Shown here in pieces: positions 42,497 to 55,621 of a stretch of DNA of 64,000 nt (position 1 is its first letter; each line of letters begins with the position of its first letter). The DNA is from the human T2T-CHM13v2.0 reference genome, Homo sapiens. Both the position numbers and the translations under genes were made by a program. The notes under the pieces were generated by a model, which did no database searches, was not told where the DNA came from, and saw only the letters and a list, made by a program, of their open reading frames with translations. The stretch lies in assembly GCF_009914755.1 (NCBI RefSeq), contig NC_060933.1; one strand, written 5' to 3'.

Positions 42497-43124
42497 AAGT
42501 GTAAGCATTCTTGCTCTTCCAACCGCTGCCTCTCTGGGGAGTGCACACTGCACCCAAGCAGAAGGAGGCGGTTCCTGCTGCTGCCTGGGACCGCCTCACC
42601 CCTGTCATCCAGCAGGTATCCATGCATTAATTATTGCAATTAAGTTATGCATGCCGGCAACCCGCTGTTCATGTTCAAACCCCTGCCCGTGGACCAGAGA
42701 CGCATGTTCTGCTGTGTCCACTCCACACTCCCACCGTGGCCGTGTCTCTCAGCGGTGCCTCCTGCAGAGCTGGAGTGCACTTCAGCATCCTCTTCAACAC
42801 CAGGCTCTGGGCAGCGGCACTGGCTCTTCAGAGCTGCTGGAAGATGGCCCTGGTCTGTACCCCTGACCAAGACCAAGCAAAGCACTGCATCCGGCACTGT
42901 GAAGCAGCCAGAAATGAGGGGACAAGGTCCCGGGGCCAGCGGGCGGCCCCAGGAAGGGCAGGTGCTATGCTCTGGCCCTAAAGGAGGGATGGGGGTTTTG
43001 AGAAGTGCAGAACATAAGGGGGGAAGGGGACTTCCGGGAGAGGAGCACCTGCACCCGAAGCCAAGGGGTGGAGCTACGAAAGGGGCCCTTCCCAGGTGGG
43101 CTGTGAGGTGAGTGGCAGGCACGT

Positions 43125-43275
43125 TCTCATTTGCTCCCGGTCCTCACAGGTGCAGAATCCTGAAGCCGTTTACAGACGAAGAGCTGAACCCAGCCTGCCT
43201 CGGTGACTCGCTCAAGGCCACTCAGCTGCTCAGCTGTAAATCTGGTGTCGAATCTAAGTCCATCTGACTCTTCAA
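43125..43275 (-). mobile_element. MIR remnant
   Basis: cgtttacagacgaagagctga...gtgactcgctcaaggccactcagct. Confidence 0.55.
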
Positions 43276-45284
43276 TCTGTGCAGAGAACTGGGGTACCCC
43301 AGCCTCCCAGGGCCCTGCCCCAGGCTGGTACAGAGTCTGTGACCAAGCCCAGCTGCTCGTTTCCCCCCGCAGGGCCCAGGTCATCGCAGTCCCTGCCAGC
43401 TGCTCGAAGTCCTCTGTACGTCCCTGTGCCAAACACTCCCCAGCCCTGGCCACTGCGGCCGTCTCCTGCCTGCCACTGCCCAGACCCTGACTGCCCAGGC
43501 CCTGACTGCCTGCTGTCCTGACTGCCACAACCTCCTCCGGGAATTCTTTGCCTCCCCCGTCCAGCTCTGGCAGGGAGGCCGGCCCTGGGGGGGGGGTCCT
43601 GTCCAACTATGGGCCCCTGTGTGCAGGCATCTGTAGAGGGGCTTTCACCCCCACTCTGCATGGGAGGGCTGGAGGGATGCCCTGAGCCTGCTCAGCCCCG
43701 GGCTCTGCCCGGAATGGGTGATGGGACAAAGGCATCCGGGAGGCTGGGTCATCTCCTGAGCTCCTGGACAGTGGCAGACATACCTGCGCCACTGCCTGCC
43801 AGGGGCCTCCAGCCAGAAAGAAGCAGCGATGGCCCCACACTCTTCATGCAGCCCCCACACAGCACCTGGGCACAGCCTTGGAAACCTCGCCCGGCCTGCA
43901 GGCCCCCAGGAAGCCTGAGCTTTGGTGTGATCCAGCCTTGCCCCAGACAGGAGCGTCCTGACCCTGACTCCCTGTGGCTCTGGGACAGAGGCTATCTGCC
44001 TTCCTCACCACAGCCCCGCGGGCCAGGGTCCCTGTTCCTGCTGGCTGTGCACTTGGGGCCTGGTGGCTTTGCCGGCACTCTGGGCATCCTGCTCTCAGGG
44101 TGGTCTGGAGCGAGTCCCGCCCTGATGCTGAGTTACATTTTGTTCTATTTCATTCACTCACTCGCGCACCCCCTGGCCCCTTCATTTGCTCATTCTCTCC
44201 TTGGACCATGCAGTACCAGGTTCAGGCCCCCACTCACTGCAGGCTGTAGGGGCTGCGTGACGTCTCCAGAGCTCCCTCCACCCAGGCCTGGCACACAGAG
44301 ATGTCGCTGCCCAGAGGACAGAGCCCCAGTTCCTCCTCTGCCCACCCTAACCACTCTGTGCTCTGCCCCTTTGGAAGGGACCGGCTCTCTTCATCCACCT
44401 GCCTGCTTTTCCTCTCTTCCTCCTCCTCCTCCTCCTTCTTGTCATCTGCATAGCTCCTCCCATCCTTGGTGTCTCTTTTTGGATGCAACTTCTTCCAGGT
44501 AGCCCTGCCTGATCCCTTCAGTCTGGATTAGGCGCTCAACATGTGCGCTCTGAGCTCGGCCCAGCCCAGGCCCAGCCACACATCAAAGCTACCTATTGGT
44601 AGACCTGCCTTCCCCCAAACCCCCCAGGACCAAAGTCCTCAGGGCCCAGGACCCAATCAGTCACCACTGCTTCCCTTGAGCCCAGCGCAGGCCTTCACCA
44701 AATACTCAAGGGAAAATGAATGAATGAGGGAATGAAAAAAGCTGCCCAGGAGTGGACAAGAGCTTCCTTTTGGATGCCATGGGCCAGAAGGGGCTGCCCG
44801 GATGCACCTGAGGCCCATGAGCTAGGGAGGGAAGAAGGCTACTCGGAGGAACAGGGTGATGCCCAAGCCTCCCTGCTGGGGAGGGCGAGGGCACTCACAG
44901 TTGACCAAGTGGACTGTGCGGCCTCCTGCTTGTCTCACTGGGTCCCTGGTCCCCGTCACAGATGGCCTGAGTTTGGGGGACATTGCTGGTGGCCATCCTG
45001 AAGGCCAGGCTCTCTGCACCTGTGGGGTCCAGATGGCACTTCAGGGACAGGGTTGGGGGGCATTCCCCCAGGCCTGGTGTCCCTCAAGGTTCTCACCAGG
45101 GACCTCCTGACACGTGTCCTAGGGAGGGCTGTGGAGCTCGGCCCAGGGACTGGAGTCTGGAAGGTTCCAGCTCACTGTGTGGCCTTGGGCAAGTCCCTGT
45201 AGGGCTTCAGTCTCTCCATCTGTGAAGTGAGGGCTCCCTAAGCTTTCTCAACTTCCTTAGAGGAAGGCTGTCCTGTGTGAGCCA

Positions 45285-45435
45285 CAAATCCAGACTCAGG
45301 ACCCAGGTGGACCTGGGTTCAAATCCTACCTCGACTTCATTCTTGCTGTGTGACTCAGGGCAGGTGGCTGAGCCTCTCTGCACCTGTTTATTTCTGACTG
45401 TGCCTGAGGGGAGGAGGCATGGTGGGTGTAAGGGC
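45285..45435 (+). mobile_element. MIR
   Basis: gacctgggttcaaatcct...gctgtgtgactcagggcaggtggctgagcctctctg. Confidence 0.65.
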
Positions 45436-47861
45436 CTGGGCGAAGGAGGTTTCCAGGTCAGAGAGCAGTTGTGCTTGTTTCTGGCTGCTGCAGCCTCTCG
45501 ACAATAGCCCGAGACCCCTTGAAGGAGCAAGAGGGACCCCAGAAGTTGAGGAAGACCAGGCCCCTCTGCAGGGCGCGTGGCAGACTGGCTTCTCCATCCC
45601 TCAGGGGCCATCTTGGCACCTTCATTCCAGACATCACTGGATTCTTTTTGCGGGGTCCCGGGTTGGACTGGGTGGCTGGGGTCTGGACCTGGCTCCGTGC
45701 TAGTGAGGAGCAAACTCGCTCATCATGAAAATAAGCCAAGCCTGCTCCAAGCCAGCACGGAGCAGAAGATGCAGGGAAGGTGGCCTGGTGGCCTCTGAGG
45801 AGACACAGCCATTTGCTGTTTGCATGTTCAGGACCGAGCTATGGAGACCTCTGGGCGCCCAGTGCAGCAATGCACAGAGGAATTAGAGAAGGTCCCAGGA
45901 AATGAGGACAGCTAGCCTTCCCCCACATTTCCACACTGGATCTTCAAGTAACCCCCATTTGATGGAGGGGTCTTCTGAGAAGGAAAGAGGGTATCCAGGG
46001 TTTGAGGGGAGGAGAGAACTCCTACCCTGGTCAGGGTCTGCCTTCAGGGAGCTCCCCGTCTGGCAGGGGGAAAACGGCAAGAATACTATCTCATCAGCGA
46101 CCTAATGAACCGTGAGCTGAGTCCCATCCCTCCCTCCCCGCAGGGGAGGAGCCCGGGTTTCGAGGTGTAGCCCCACTACTTCCAGCTAGGGGGACAAGTC
46201 AAGGAGGTTCCCTGAAGAGGGTGCCATGTGGTGTGCCCCTCTGTAGAGTGGGGGCAGCATAGAGTCCCCACTCCCCAACCACAGGCTATTGCAAGGAGTC
46301 AGTGAGGTCAGGGCTGAAAAGCAGGACCAAGGGCCGGGCACCCAGGAGGTGCCTGACTATGGCTCAGCTCTCACTCCTGCGGCAGGATGGGGACAGACAG
46401 AAGTGGACACCTGAGGCCCTCCCTTCTGGCTCCTCTTTGTGAGGCAGAAGCAGAAAAGATGGGGAGGGGAGGGGCTGCCTCCTCAGTGCGGTGACCGGCA
46501 GGCAGGACCAAGAGAGGGAGACGCCATGGGGGTGGGGGGAGAGGAGAAGCGCCCCCACCCCGCGTCCCCAGGGCTAAAGAGAACCCTGCTTGGAGTGAGT
46601 GAGCCAGACTGGGGGGGCGGGGGGCCTCAGGGCATTCCCAGCCCTCCACATCTCAGGGCAGCTTTCCTTATGCCCCTTCATATCTAAGAATAGGCACATC
46701 CAGGATGAAATCAATAGTGCAGCGCTTGGGCCTCCCCTCCCCACCCACCCTGCTGCTGAGGGTCCCTGCTCCATACCCTGGGGGGCCCAAGCTTCCAGGG
46801 GTCACGATACCCACTCCCAGTCTCACTGAGGATGGTGCTGGGACCCTGCAGGTATTTTAGAAGGCAGATTGGAAACGGGTATCCAAAGCATTTTCCTTCA
46901 GAAGAGTCACCCCAGGAGGTGCCCACTGGCTGTGGAAGGAAGTGAGCCTCCCGCCGCTAGTGGTAACCAAGCAGAGGTTAGAGAAACATCTCTCAGAAGT
47001 CTCATGTCAGATTCAAGGCCACAAAGTGACCTCGGAACCCGCAGCCTCGGCATTGACCTCACGCCCGAAGGCCCCACTGCCCAGTGGATGCCTGAGGAGG
47101 CGCTCCCTGGCCATCCACCCCTGCCGGCCCCAGACTCAGGCCTCGTCCCCTCTCATCCCCTCTTGGGAAACCTGACCCTTGGGCTACTTGAAAGAAGAGA
47201 GGAACTTGGGTTTGATGTTTTGAAGAAGTGGCTTTTTATCAGAAAGCCCTCTGGGAGTCTGGGGCCCACAACCAGTGACATTATCGCTGCTGTTTCAAGG
47301 AGGGAAGAGAACTTAGGCTGATAGCTATTGAGATTTATGGCTTCCCCTGAGTCTAATTGCCTCGGAATCTTTTTAACAGTTGGCCTAAGTGGTGCTAAGA
47401 AGGACAACAGTGGCTTGGTGGCAGCAAGTGCTCCCTCTGCCTCTGTCCCTCCCTCCCTCCCTACGTCCCCTTTCTCTCTCTCCTCTTTCCCTTCCTCCCC
47501 TTCCCTTTCTCTCTCTTTGAGTCTCTCTCTGCTGGGGCTGGGGAGGCGCAGGCAGCTTCTGGCATCCAGGTCTCTGCATGCCTTGGGCTCCGGATGCCGT
47601 GGCTGGGGGCCTGTAGGGGATGGGGTGAGAGGGCGGTGGCAATCCTGGCCGGAGTCGGGCAGGGCTCTGACCTCTCAGTAGGCTGCCCTGCAGTGTCTGC
47701 ACTCCTCAAGCCTCCAGTCCCAGGGAGTGGTGCCCATGCTGTTATGTGCCGCCAGTAGGATGCTGCATTCAGCAGGTGCTCAACACATGCACACCCTGGT
47801 TGTGCCTTGGCTGGCTGAAGATCTGTCCTGTGGGAGCAGAAGTGGGACCTTGGGGTGCTGC

Positions 47862-47965
47862 TCAGGTCAAATAAGGAAGAGCTTTCTAACTGCTGCCTCA
47901 GTGGAAGTGAGACACCTCCACAGTCTCCAGAGGCATGTAAGCAAAGTCAAACAACCTCTGGCATG
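47862..47965 (+). mobile_element. L3/CR1 3' remnant
   Basis: caaataaggaagagctttctaac...gaggcatgtaagcaaag resembles the L3 3' end. Confidence 0.5.
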
Positions 47966-48899
47966 GAGGCAAGAGGCAGGGCTTCCGCGCCAGGGTGAGG
48001 CAGAGCCAGACTTACTGGGGTTTGTTCTGGGTCTCAGAGCCTCTGCTGGGCTCTCCTAGGCAGTTGCCATGCCCCTGTCTTCTCCCCTTGTTCATTCATC
48101 AGACAATTCAATGCCAATCACTCTGGCACTTCCCATGCCCCCCTTGCCCTAGAGGCTTCCTGGGCTGTCTTCTCTGCCCAGCCTCCATGTGCACTACGAT
48201 ACCTGGTGGCCGGGTCTGGAGCACTTGGGTTCACTGGTGATGGAGGTTGCTGGGCAGACTCCAGGGCGGGGTCAGGGGCCGCCTCCTCCCTGAGGCAAGC
48301 TGTGTTCAACGCCATGCCCCTGGAGCCAGAGGCGACTGTGTGCCTGGATGGGGCAGGTGGCACTAGGGGGCCACATGGACCCCAGATGGTAAAGATGTAA
48401 TAGTGCCAGGTGCCAACCTGGTTTCCTTGGTGTTGAGTGGCCGGTGGGTGCAGAGGCAGGCTGAGTACAGGGTCTCCTCCAGGCATGGTGGAGTCTCAGA
48501 GGCTCCTGCACAACCAGCAGGGGCAGGTTGCGGGGAGACCCCCGGAGGACATCCTGACCCCTTGCAGCTCCCAAGGCTCTTAGGAGAGCCGGCTTGGTCC
48601 TTTGCTGTGGCAGGGCAGGGGACTTGGTTTGCTCCTCTGCTGAGCAGTGACAGCTCATGTGTCCTGAACACAGCTCTGCTCACTGCTCTCCAGTGCCTCA
48701 TGGTGAAGGCAGGGCCTTGGGTATGGTGCCCAGGTCCTCACTCCTCTAATAGGCCACTCCCTGCCTCCCACTATGGGTGAGGAACTTCCCCACTTAGCCG
48801 TGTTGGGCCTGGGCTTGGGACTAGCCTGGGCTCGGGGACAGCCAGTTGGGTGAGTGGTGAGGCCGACCCGTGCACGCTTCTGCAGCATCTCACTGTTTT

Positions 48900-49142
48900 A
48901 TGCCCTGCTGAGCTGTCCCAGCTGAGCATGTTCCACGGAGCCACTGGTCCAAGGATGATGAGGAAATACAGGGAGCAGACCTGAACCCAACCTGCAGCCT
49001 GGCGGGGGGTCCAGCCGAGCACCGCTGAGCCTTCCAGGGCCACCGCCCACCCACAGGCCCACAAGCAAGGAAACCACCATTTGCTGTCAGAAGCCACTTA
49101 GTTTTGGGGTATTTTGTTACGCAGCAAAAACTGACTAATACA
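48900..49142 (+). mobile_element. Old MLT1 (J/K-like) 3' portion
   Basis: gcagacctgaacccaacctgcagcctgg; aagccacttagttttggggtattttgttacgcagca...ctgactaataca. Confidence 0.7.
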
Positions 49143-49275
49143 TGTGGGTACTATTATCATCATCCAATGCCACCAATGAAGAAACAGGCTCAGAGAAGCC
49201 AAGTCACTCTGCCAAGGCCACCCAGTTCTCAAGTGGCAGACTGAGAGTCAAGCTCAGGCAGTCCCGCCTCTCAAC
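49143..49275 (-). mobile_element. MIR
   Basis: atgaagaaacaggctcagagaagccaagtcactctgccaaggccacccag. Confidence 0.7.
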
Positions 49276-49659
49276 TATCACTCAACCTGCAATTCCCCCT
49301 TCCAGGTAGAAGCCTGCCCAGCTCACTGGGCCTTTGGACAAACCTTCAAAATCTGTCTCTGGATTTGAAGGTTTCCGGGCAGACATCAAGACCAGATACA
49401 TGTATTTGCCAAATGCCTCTCCTATTGCCCCGACCAGGATGGCTTCACTTTGTCCTTCAACACCATGGTGGCCCCCAGCTGGACCTCGGCTGTGGCCTGC
49501 CTCCAGTCCAGCCTCCACCAGCACCTAGGGACATGCTGACAGCGTCAATCTCACCCTACCACACTCTGTGGCTTCCTGGCACTGCAGGATCCAGTCCTGG
49601 CCCCTGGCATCTTATTGTGATCCACAAGGCTCTGCAACCTGCAGCTTGCACATCAGACC

Positions 49660-50438
49660 TCACTCACACACTCCCACACACGCATAGCCACACACTCACA
49701 CACACTCATTCACACACTGCCACATCCTCACCCACTCACATCACACATCACACACACTCACACTCACACACGCTCATTCACACACTGCCACATCCTCACC
49801 CACTCACATCACACACTCACACACTCACACATGCTCATTCACATACTCCATCCTCACCCATTCACATCACACAGATTCACACACACTCACACATGCTCAT
49901 TCACACACTCCCACATCACACACTCACACTCACACATGCTCGTTCACACACTGCCACATTCCCACCCACTCACATCACTCAGATTCACACACACACGCTC
50001 ATTCACACACTGCCGCATTCTCACCCACTCACATCACACACACACACTCACACACGCTCATTCACACACTCCCACATCCCCACCCACTCACATCACTCAG
50101 ATTCTCACACACACACGATCATTCACACACTGCCACATCCTCACCCACTCACATCACACACACACACTCACACACATGTTCATTCACATACTCACACTCA
50201 CACACGCTCATTCATACACTCCATCCTCACCCACTCACATCACACACTCAGATTCACACACACTCATACATGCTCATTCACACACTCCCACATCCCCACA
50301 CACTCACACACTCAGATTCACACACACAGGCCCATTCACACACTCCATCCTCACTCACTGTCACACACTCAGATTCACACACTCACACACACTGATTCAC
50401 ACACACTCCTCATATTCCCCCTACACCCTCACACACTC
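49660..50438. repeat. Complex CA-rich tandem array inside an L2 relic
   Basis: Recurring gctcattcacacact and ctcacccactcacatcac modules, period ~50-60 bp. Confidence 0.93.
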
Positions 50439-51339
50439 AACCCAGCTCCAGCCAGGCTGAGCTCTTGGCTCCTGGAACACCGGGGCTCACCCCTCCTCCT
50501 GGTCTTTGTGGCCACCCTTCCTCTGCCAGGCGTCCTCCCTGGCCCTGCTCCTTCACCTGAGCTTGGCTGGTCACCTCCTCCTGGAAGCCTTCCCTGGCAG
50601 CAGCCCCCGCACCCTGCACGTACATCCTGCGTCTCAGCAGACACCCATGCCTTCCCTTCATGGTGACAGGAGCCCATGCCCAGGACATAGCAGGAGCCCC
50701 TCAACGTGGGTGAGACACTGTTCACCACAGAGCATTGCTGGGAGGACGGCTTGGGCCCCAGCAGCCCCCGGGAGTGGGGAGCGGTCTCCTCTGGAAGGGA
50801 TCTCCCAGACTCCGGCGTCCTGGGCCTCCTGCAGGCCCAGGGGCTGCTCCTGTCTGTTTATCCTCAGGGCCTCTGCTCCCCACCAGCTCCCTGTGCCCCC
50901 CACCAATGCATCTGACTCCTCCTTTCTCCCTAGGTACAGACACAGTCTAGAAGATTTGTCCCCACCAAGATCCAGACACAGGTGACAAATAAATGGAGTC
51001 AGAATATCTTTAGGCCAAGCTGCACTTTGCCACCATCAGCGGTCACAGGGGCAGCCATGGCCCAAGGGTTCCATGGCTAGGTGTGGGTTGCAGAAGGACA
51101 GTCTCATGACCCACGTCCTGAGGGACCTCTGGCCGTATGGTGGCCTCAGGACGGTGGGCTCTCAGGGGGCCCGCAGGTCCCTCACCTCCCCACGGAGGCC
51201 TCTGGCCCTCCATCTGCATCAGGGTACCTGGCCCTGGCAAGGGTAGGGCTGGCAGGATCTTTGGGCAGCAGGAGCAAGGGAGGGGCCCGGAGGGTCCGAG
51301 GTGTCCCTCCGCCGTGGGCCAGGCAGACACACGAGCATG

Positions 51340-51641
51340 TGGCCACCGACACGCAGCACGGGGCCTCACACAGAGCTGGGTGAAGGAAGCCAGACACAAA
51401 ATAAGAAACGAGCTTGTTTGCCTAAAGCTGGACACAGGCAAAGGCAGCCTCAGATATTGGGAGTCAGGAGAGGGGTGTGCGGGTGTGATTGGGAAGGGCC
51501 CGGGGGGCTTCGGGTCTTGCAGGGGGTGGAAGTACCTGCCCTTGGCCTGAGTGGTGCTTACACAGACCATGGCTTTGTGACAATTTACTTATTCTCTGTA
51601 CACTTCCCTGTGTGTTTTCCATATCTTGATGAAAAAAATAA
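51340..51641 (+). mobile_element. L1ME-like 3' UTR
   Basis: gtgaaggaagccagacacaaaa...ctttgtgacaatttac...tacacttccctgtgtg...aaaaaaataaa. Confidence 0.6.
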
Positions 51642-52627
51642 AGCGTTACACTTCAAAAGGAGGGTGGTGCCCCAGGGAAGCCCTTGGTGACCTGCAAGTC
51701 CCAGCTGCCTCCCTGGTGTTTGGGCTCCAAGCTGGAGCCGTCCTCTCTGCCCTAAGACAGGGGTCCGGGTCCGGCCAGGTCTGTCAAGGCTACCTGCCTC
51801 CCCCGTCTCCAGGCTGGGTCCAGAAACGTCTGTGGGGGCAGAGGTGAGGACGGAGGTGAGGACGGAGATGGGGGCACAGAAGAGACAATACCTTGTGGGA
51901 GTGGCTGGCCAGGGAGGAGACCCCTGGAATGGCGGGATGGGGCCTCCAGCGGACGCTCCTGAGACAGTGCCCCGGCAGCTGCGGGAGAAAAGAACTCCCT
52001 GAGTCTATCGGTGCCCTGGTGACCGTGGCTGACATCGGAACAGTCCTGGTGCTGGGCACGAAAGCGCGCTCAGGTGAGACTGAGTGTCTCCGCCGGGTTC
52101 GTGTGTGTGGACGCACACACGCATGCACGTTTGTGCTTATGGATGCACATATGCAGTCATGCGTGTGTGTGTGTGCACGTCTGCTCGTGTGTGCATGTGT
52201 CCACGTGTGTGTGCTTCGTGTCCCTGCCCAGTTAACACAATGCACACAATTGCCTCCAAAGAAATGGGGATGTTCTTTAGAAAGAGGATGCTTTTTTGCA
52301 TTTCAATTGACCGCCTCAACAATGTCCGTTTAATTAGTGTGTTTTGAAGGGGAAATGAAGGAAAATTATAACTCATCCGAGAAAATGGCTTGTACGTGCT
52401 CAGCTCTTCTCGCGGGTTCCGGTGGAGCCACCACCAGGTCCGGCAGAGCCTGGGCCCAGTGCCGTCCACCCAGAGGAGGAAGGGAAGGGCTGGCATGGTC
52501 CCTGGGGTGGGGGACATGGGGGACAAGGGCAGGTGGATGCTGCAATCTATCTGGTGGCCAGGCAGTGAGTGGGCTCAGATGCAGAAGCCGCAGGCGGTAC
52601 CACCCCATCCCTCGTGAGGCCATTGGG

Positions 52628-52810
52628 GAGAGGCAGTGTGGTTCAGCAGAAAGAGGACAAGGGCTCACTCAAGACCTGAGTTTGAATACTGGTTCTGCCA
52701 CTGTCATCTGCGAGGACCTGCCAAGACTTGGTTTTCTTGTCTGTAAAAACATTTGTAAAATGGTGCTGATGGCTGTGAACCCAATAAAGGGATGACCAAG
52801 AAAGGGCTTT
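52628..52810 (+). mobile_element. MIR
   Basis: gaggcagtgtggttcag...agacctgagtttgaatactggttctgccact...ttttcttgtctgtaaaa. Confidence 0.7.
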
Positions 52811-54169
52811 CTAACATGCCGGTCTCAGAGGGACGTGGCAGGAGGCATCTCGAAGGATCCCGGGAGAGTCCCACATTTGAGCCGCGGCTTGGCTTAGCCG
52901 GGGCCTGGCTCCCTGCGTGCTCCTGAGTGCCTCCCGATGGCTCACGGCCGCCCTGAGCCAGCGGGTTCTGCCCTCACCCTGCCTAGGGCTCCTGCCTTGA
53001 GGCTGCCTCCAGCAGGGCCCTGAGTACAGGAATCGGAGGGATCCACAGACACAGCTCCCGGCCCCAGCCCTGGTCACGCCGACACTGAGGGCTCCAGTCT
53101 CTTCTCCAACCCCCAGACTCTGGGCTCTCCCCACTGGCTGCGTCGCCACCTCCTGAGCTCTGGCCTAGGCTGTGGTGGAGACACAGTTGGGGCCTCCTCC
53201 CTACACCTGCGCATCCCCTCTGCTCCTCTGGGCTCCCCTCTGCAGAAGCCAGAGGTCTGTGGGCAGCTGTTGCCTGACAGGCTCAGGAGATCAGCTCACA
53301 TCGAGGGGTGGCTCACTGTGAGGGTAGGGACAGTACGGGGGCTCCAATTCTGGAAGAGTCAGAGGTTGGAGGCAGTCTGCATTTCCAGGGTCCCCAGAAC
53401 CCCTTCCACTGGCAACCCCACTGTCCAGTGAGGAAGGTTGCCCCTGCCCCAGCCTAATGGACCCCTGTTCTCTGCCTAATGGAACTACGCCTTCCCCATT
53501 TGGAGGTGGGGAAACTGAGGCCCAGCAACGTGGAACCACTGGCCAGCAATGGCACCATTGGTAATGACAGGTCTGGGTTCAGGCCCCAACTGTCTGACTC
53601 CAAAGCCCCTTTGCTGTGCCGTCAGGAGGGCAGCAAGACTTGGGGCTCCCCACAGAGCTGGGGACTAGGACACAGAAGACTCCAAGCCACTGTTCCCATG
53701 TGTGTCCCCCCCTCCCCCCCCGCCTTGCCCTCTGGCCCACTAAGCGTGATCGGCTGTGTTGCTGTGGCTGGCGCGCCCGTGCCGCCATCCTGCCCCTCCC
53801 CGCCTCTGCTGCCAACCCTCCCAGCGCCGTGTGCCGACTGGGCCCGTACAGCTGCCTTCCTGGCCGCTGGCTTCCCCGAGCCCCATTGTTGGGCACCTGG
53901 GAGGTTTCCAGTTCTTTGCTGTATGAATAGCGTTGTTTTAACCATCTTGGCACAAGCTGCCTCTTTCCCCTCCCTCTCACGTTCTTTCCCTCTTGCAAGG
54001 GTTTGGGCACTTTCCCTGACACGTTCATTCTCTTACGCAGCCAGGAGCTGGCGGGACGCCTCCCAGGAGAAGTTGGCGGTCGACCAGGAGGCCTCAGTCT
54101 CTGCCTCTTGCTGCGGATGAGCCTGTCCTGGGAGCGTGGGGCTCCTGCCTCCTTGGCGAGTGAGTGTGC

Positions 54170-54330
54170 CCAGCATGGTGCCCATTGCTTTACATGCACA
54201 TTGGTTCAGTGAGGCGAGAGCCAGCGTCCCCATTTCACACATGAGGACACTGAGGCTCTGAGAGGTTCAGCAATGACACAGAGGATGTAGGAGCAGCCAG
54301 ACTTGACCCAGGCCAGTCTAAGCAGAGGCC
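54170..54330 (-). mobile_element. MIR
   Basis: tccccatttcacacatgaggacactgaggctctgagaggtt. Confidence 0.7.
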
Positions 54331-55074
54331 AGGCTCAGTGCCGAGACCCTGTCCTTGGGAGCCCCGTCTACATCCACCTGTCCTTGTGCCCACTGCCCTG
54401 GGTTCACCCCAGTCCCCTTACTTCCCTGTCCCAGGAGGCAGGACACCCGGGAAACACAGGGGTCATCCATGCCAGACTGAGCCTCTCCCCGCTCCCACCC
54501 TAAACTCCTTCCCGGGGCTGGCAGCGAGCCCCCTGGCTGGGTCATCTGGAGGTGCCTCCTGTGAGCCACCCATCACACCTGCTCCAGGGCGGTCTATGTG
54601 GGCGGGGACCTGAGCTCCATGGTGGGCTACAGGGCAGCACTGTGAGGAGCCGTGTTGGGAAGCCCACGGCTCCCACTCCAGCGCCTCTGCCTCCCACCAC
54701 CCCCAACATTGGCAAGAGCTAGTCGGACGGGCAGATAGGTGGATGGGTGGACAGATGGGTGGGTGGACCAATGGATGGGCGGTGAGAGGATAGGCTGAGA
54801 GGTGGTAGGATGTGCCATAGAAGCCTTGGAAAGTGCCACAGATGCCCTGAGAGGCTGCGTCTGCCAGGAGGGGAGCACCCCCCTGGACCCCATGCTCTGG
54901 CAGGTTGGAGGGCTTCCTGGTGATGGAATCTCAGCCCTCAACTGGACGTGGTAAGCCCAGACCTCCCAACTTGCAGCCAGGCCCGCTCCTGTACTGTGGC
55001 AAACATGACCAATCACTCAGGGCTCGCCCTCCCGCTGAGCCTGGCTCCCAGCCCTTCCTGGCACGCCGAGTCCC

Positions 55075-55153
55075 TCAGAGTCCCTCATGTGTCCTGGGAT
55101 GGCAGGAGATGCCAGGGTGAGTTTCAGACATGTGAGACCAGAGGGAGCAGCTC
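55075..55153 (+). repeat. 79-bp dispersed direct repeat, copy 1
   Basis: 75/79 identical to 58242-58320. Confidence 0.93.
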
Positions 55154-55412
55154 CAGTGCAGCTCTGTACCCTGGCGGCAGAGGCTGAGCTCCGCCACCCC
55201 ACCTCTGAGTTTCTACTGAAAACCCAGGGGCTGAAATGCAAGTGTACCTGGTGCCACCAGCCTGGAGAGCGCACAAGACCCCTGGTGGGGTGGGGCCCAA
55301 ATTCATTCTCTGGTTGACCCCACCCTCCCTGTCTCCTTCACTTCACTTTCCACAAAGACTGGGAATCAGTGTTCACCCTAAAATGTCCAGGGCCACAGGT
55401 AGAGGCCCAGCT

Positions 55413-55605
55413 ACGCGAGGGCATTGTTGGGGGGCTCTGTGCACTGTCCGACCACGCAAGGGCATCGTGGGGGGCTCTGTGCACTGTCTGACCACGCGAG
55501 GGCATCTTGGGGGGCTCTGAGCACTGTCCGACCACCTGAGGGCATTGTGGGGGCTCTGGGCACCGCCCAGCCATGCAAGGGCATTGTGGGGCCTCTGGGC
55601 ACCAG
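55413..55605. repeat. ~40-bp tandem repeat, ~5 copies
   Basis: ggcatcgtggggggctctgtgcactgtcYgaccacgcRag, degenerating to the right. Confidence 0.92.
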
Positions 55606-55621
55606 CAGGGGTGCTTTGGTC

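Noticed and set aside
43609-44502. 297-aa ATG-initiated ORF
   Set aside because: Pro/Leu/Ser-rich, runs through L2-like and low-complexity sequence, no recognisable family
49365-50666. 433-aa His/Thr-rich ORF
   Set aside because: Translation of the CA-rich array within an L2 relic
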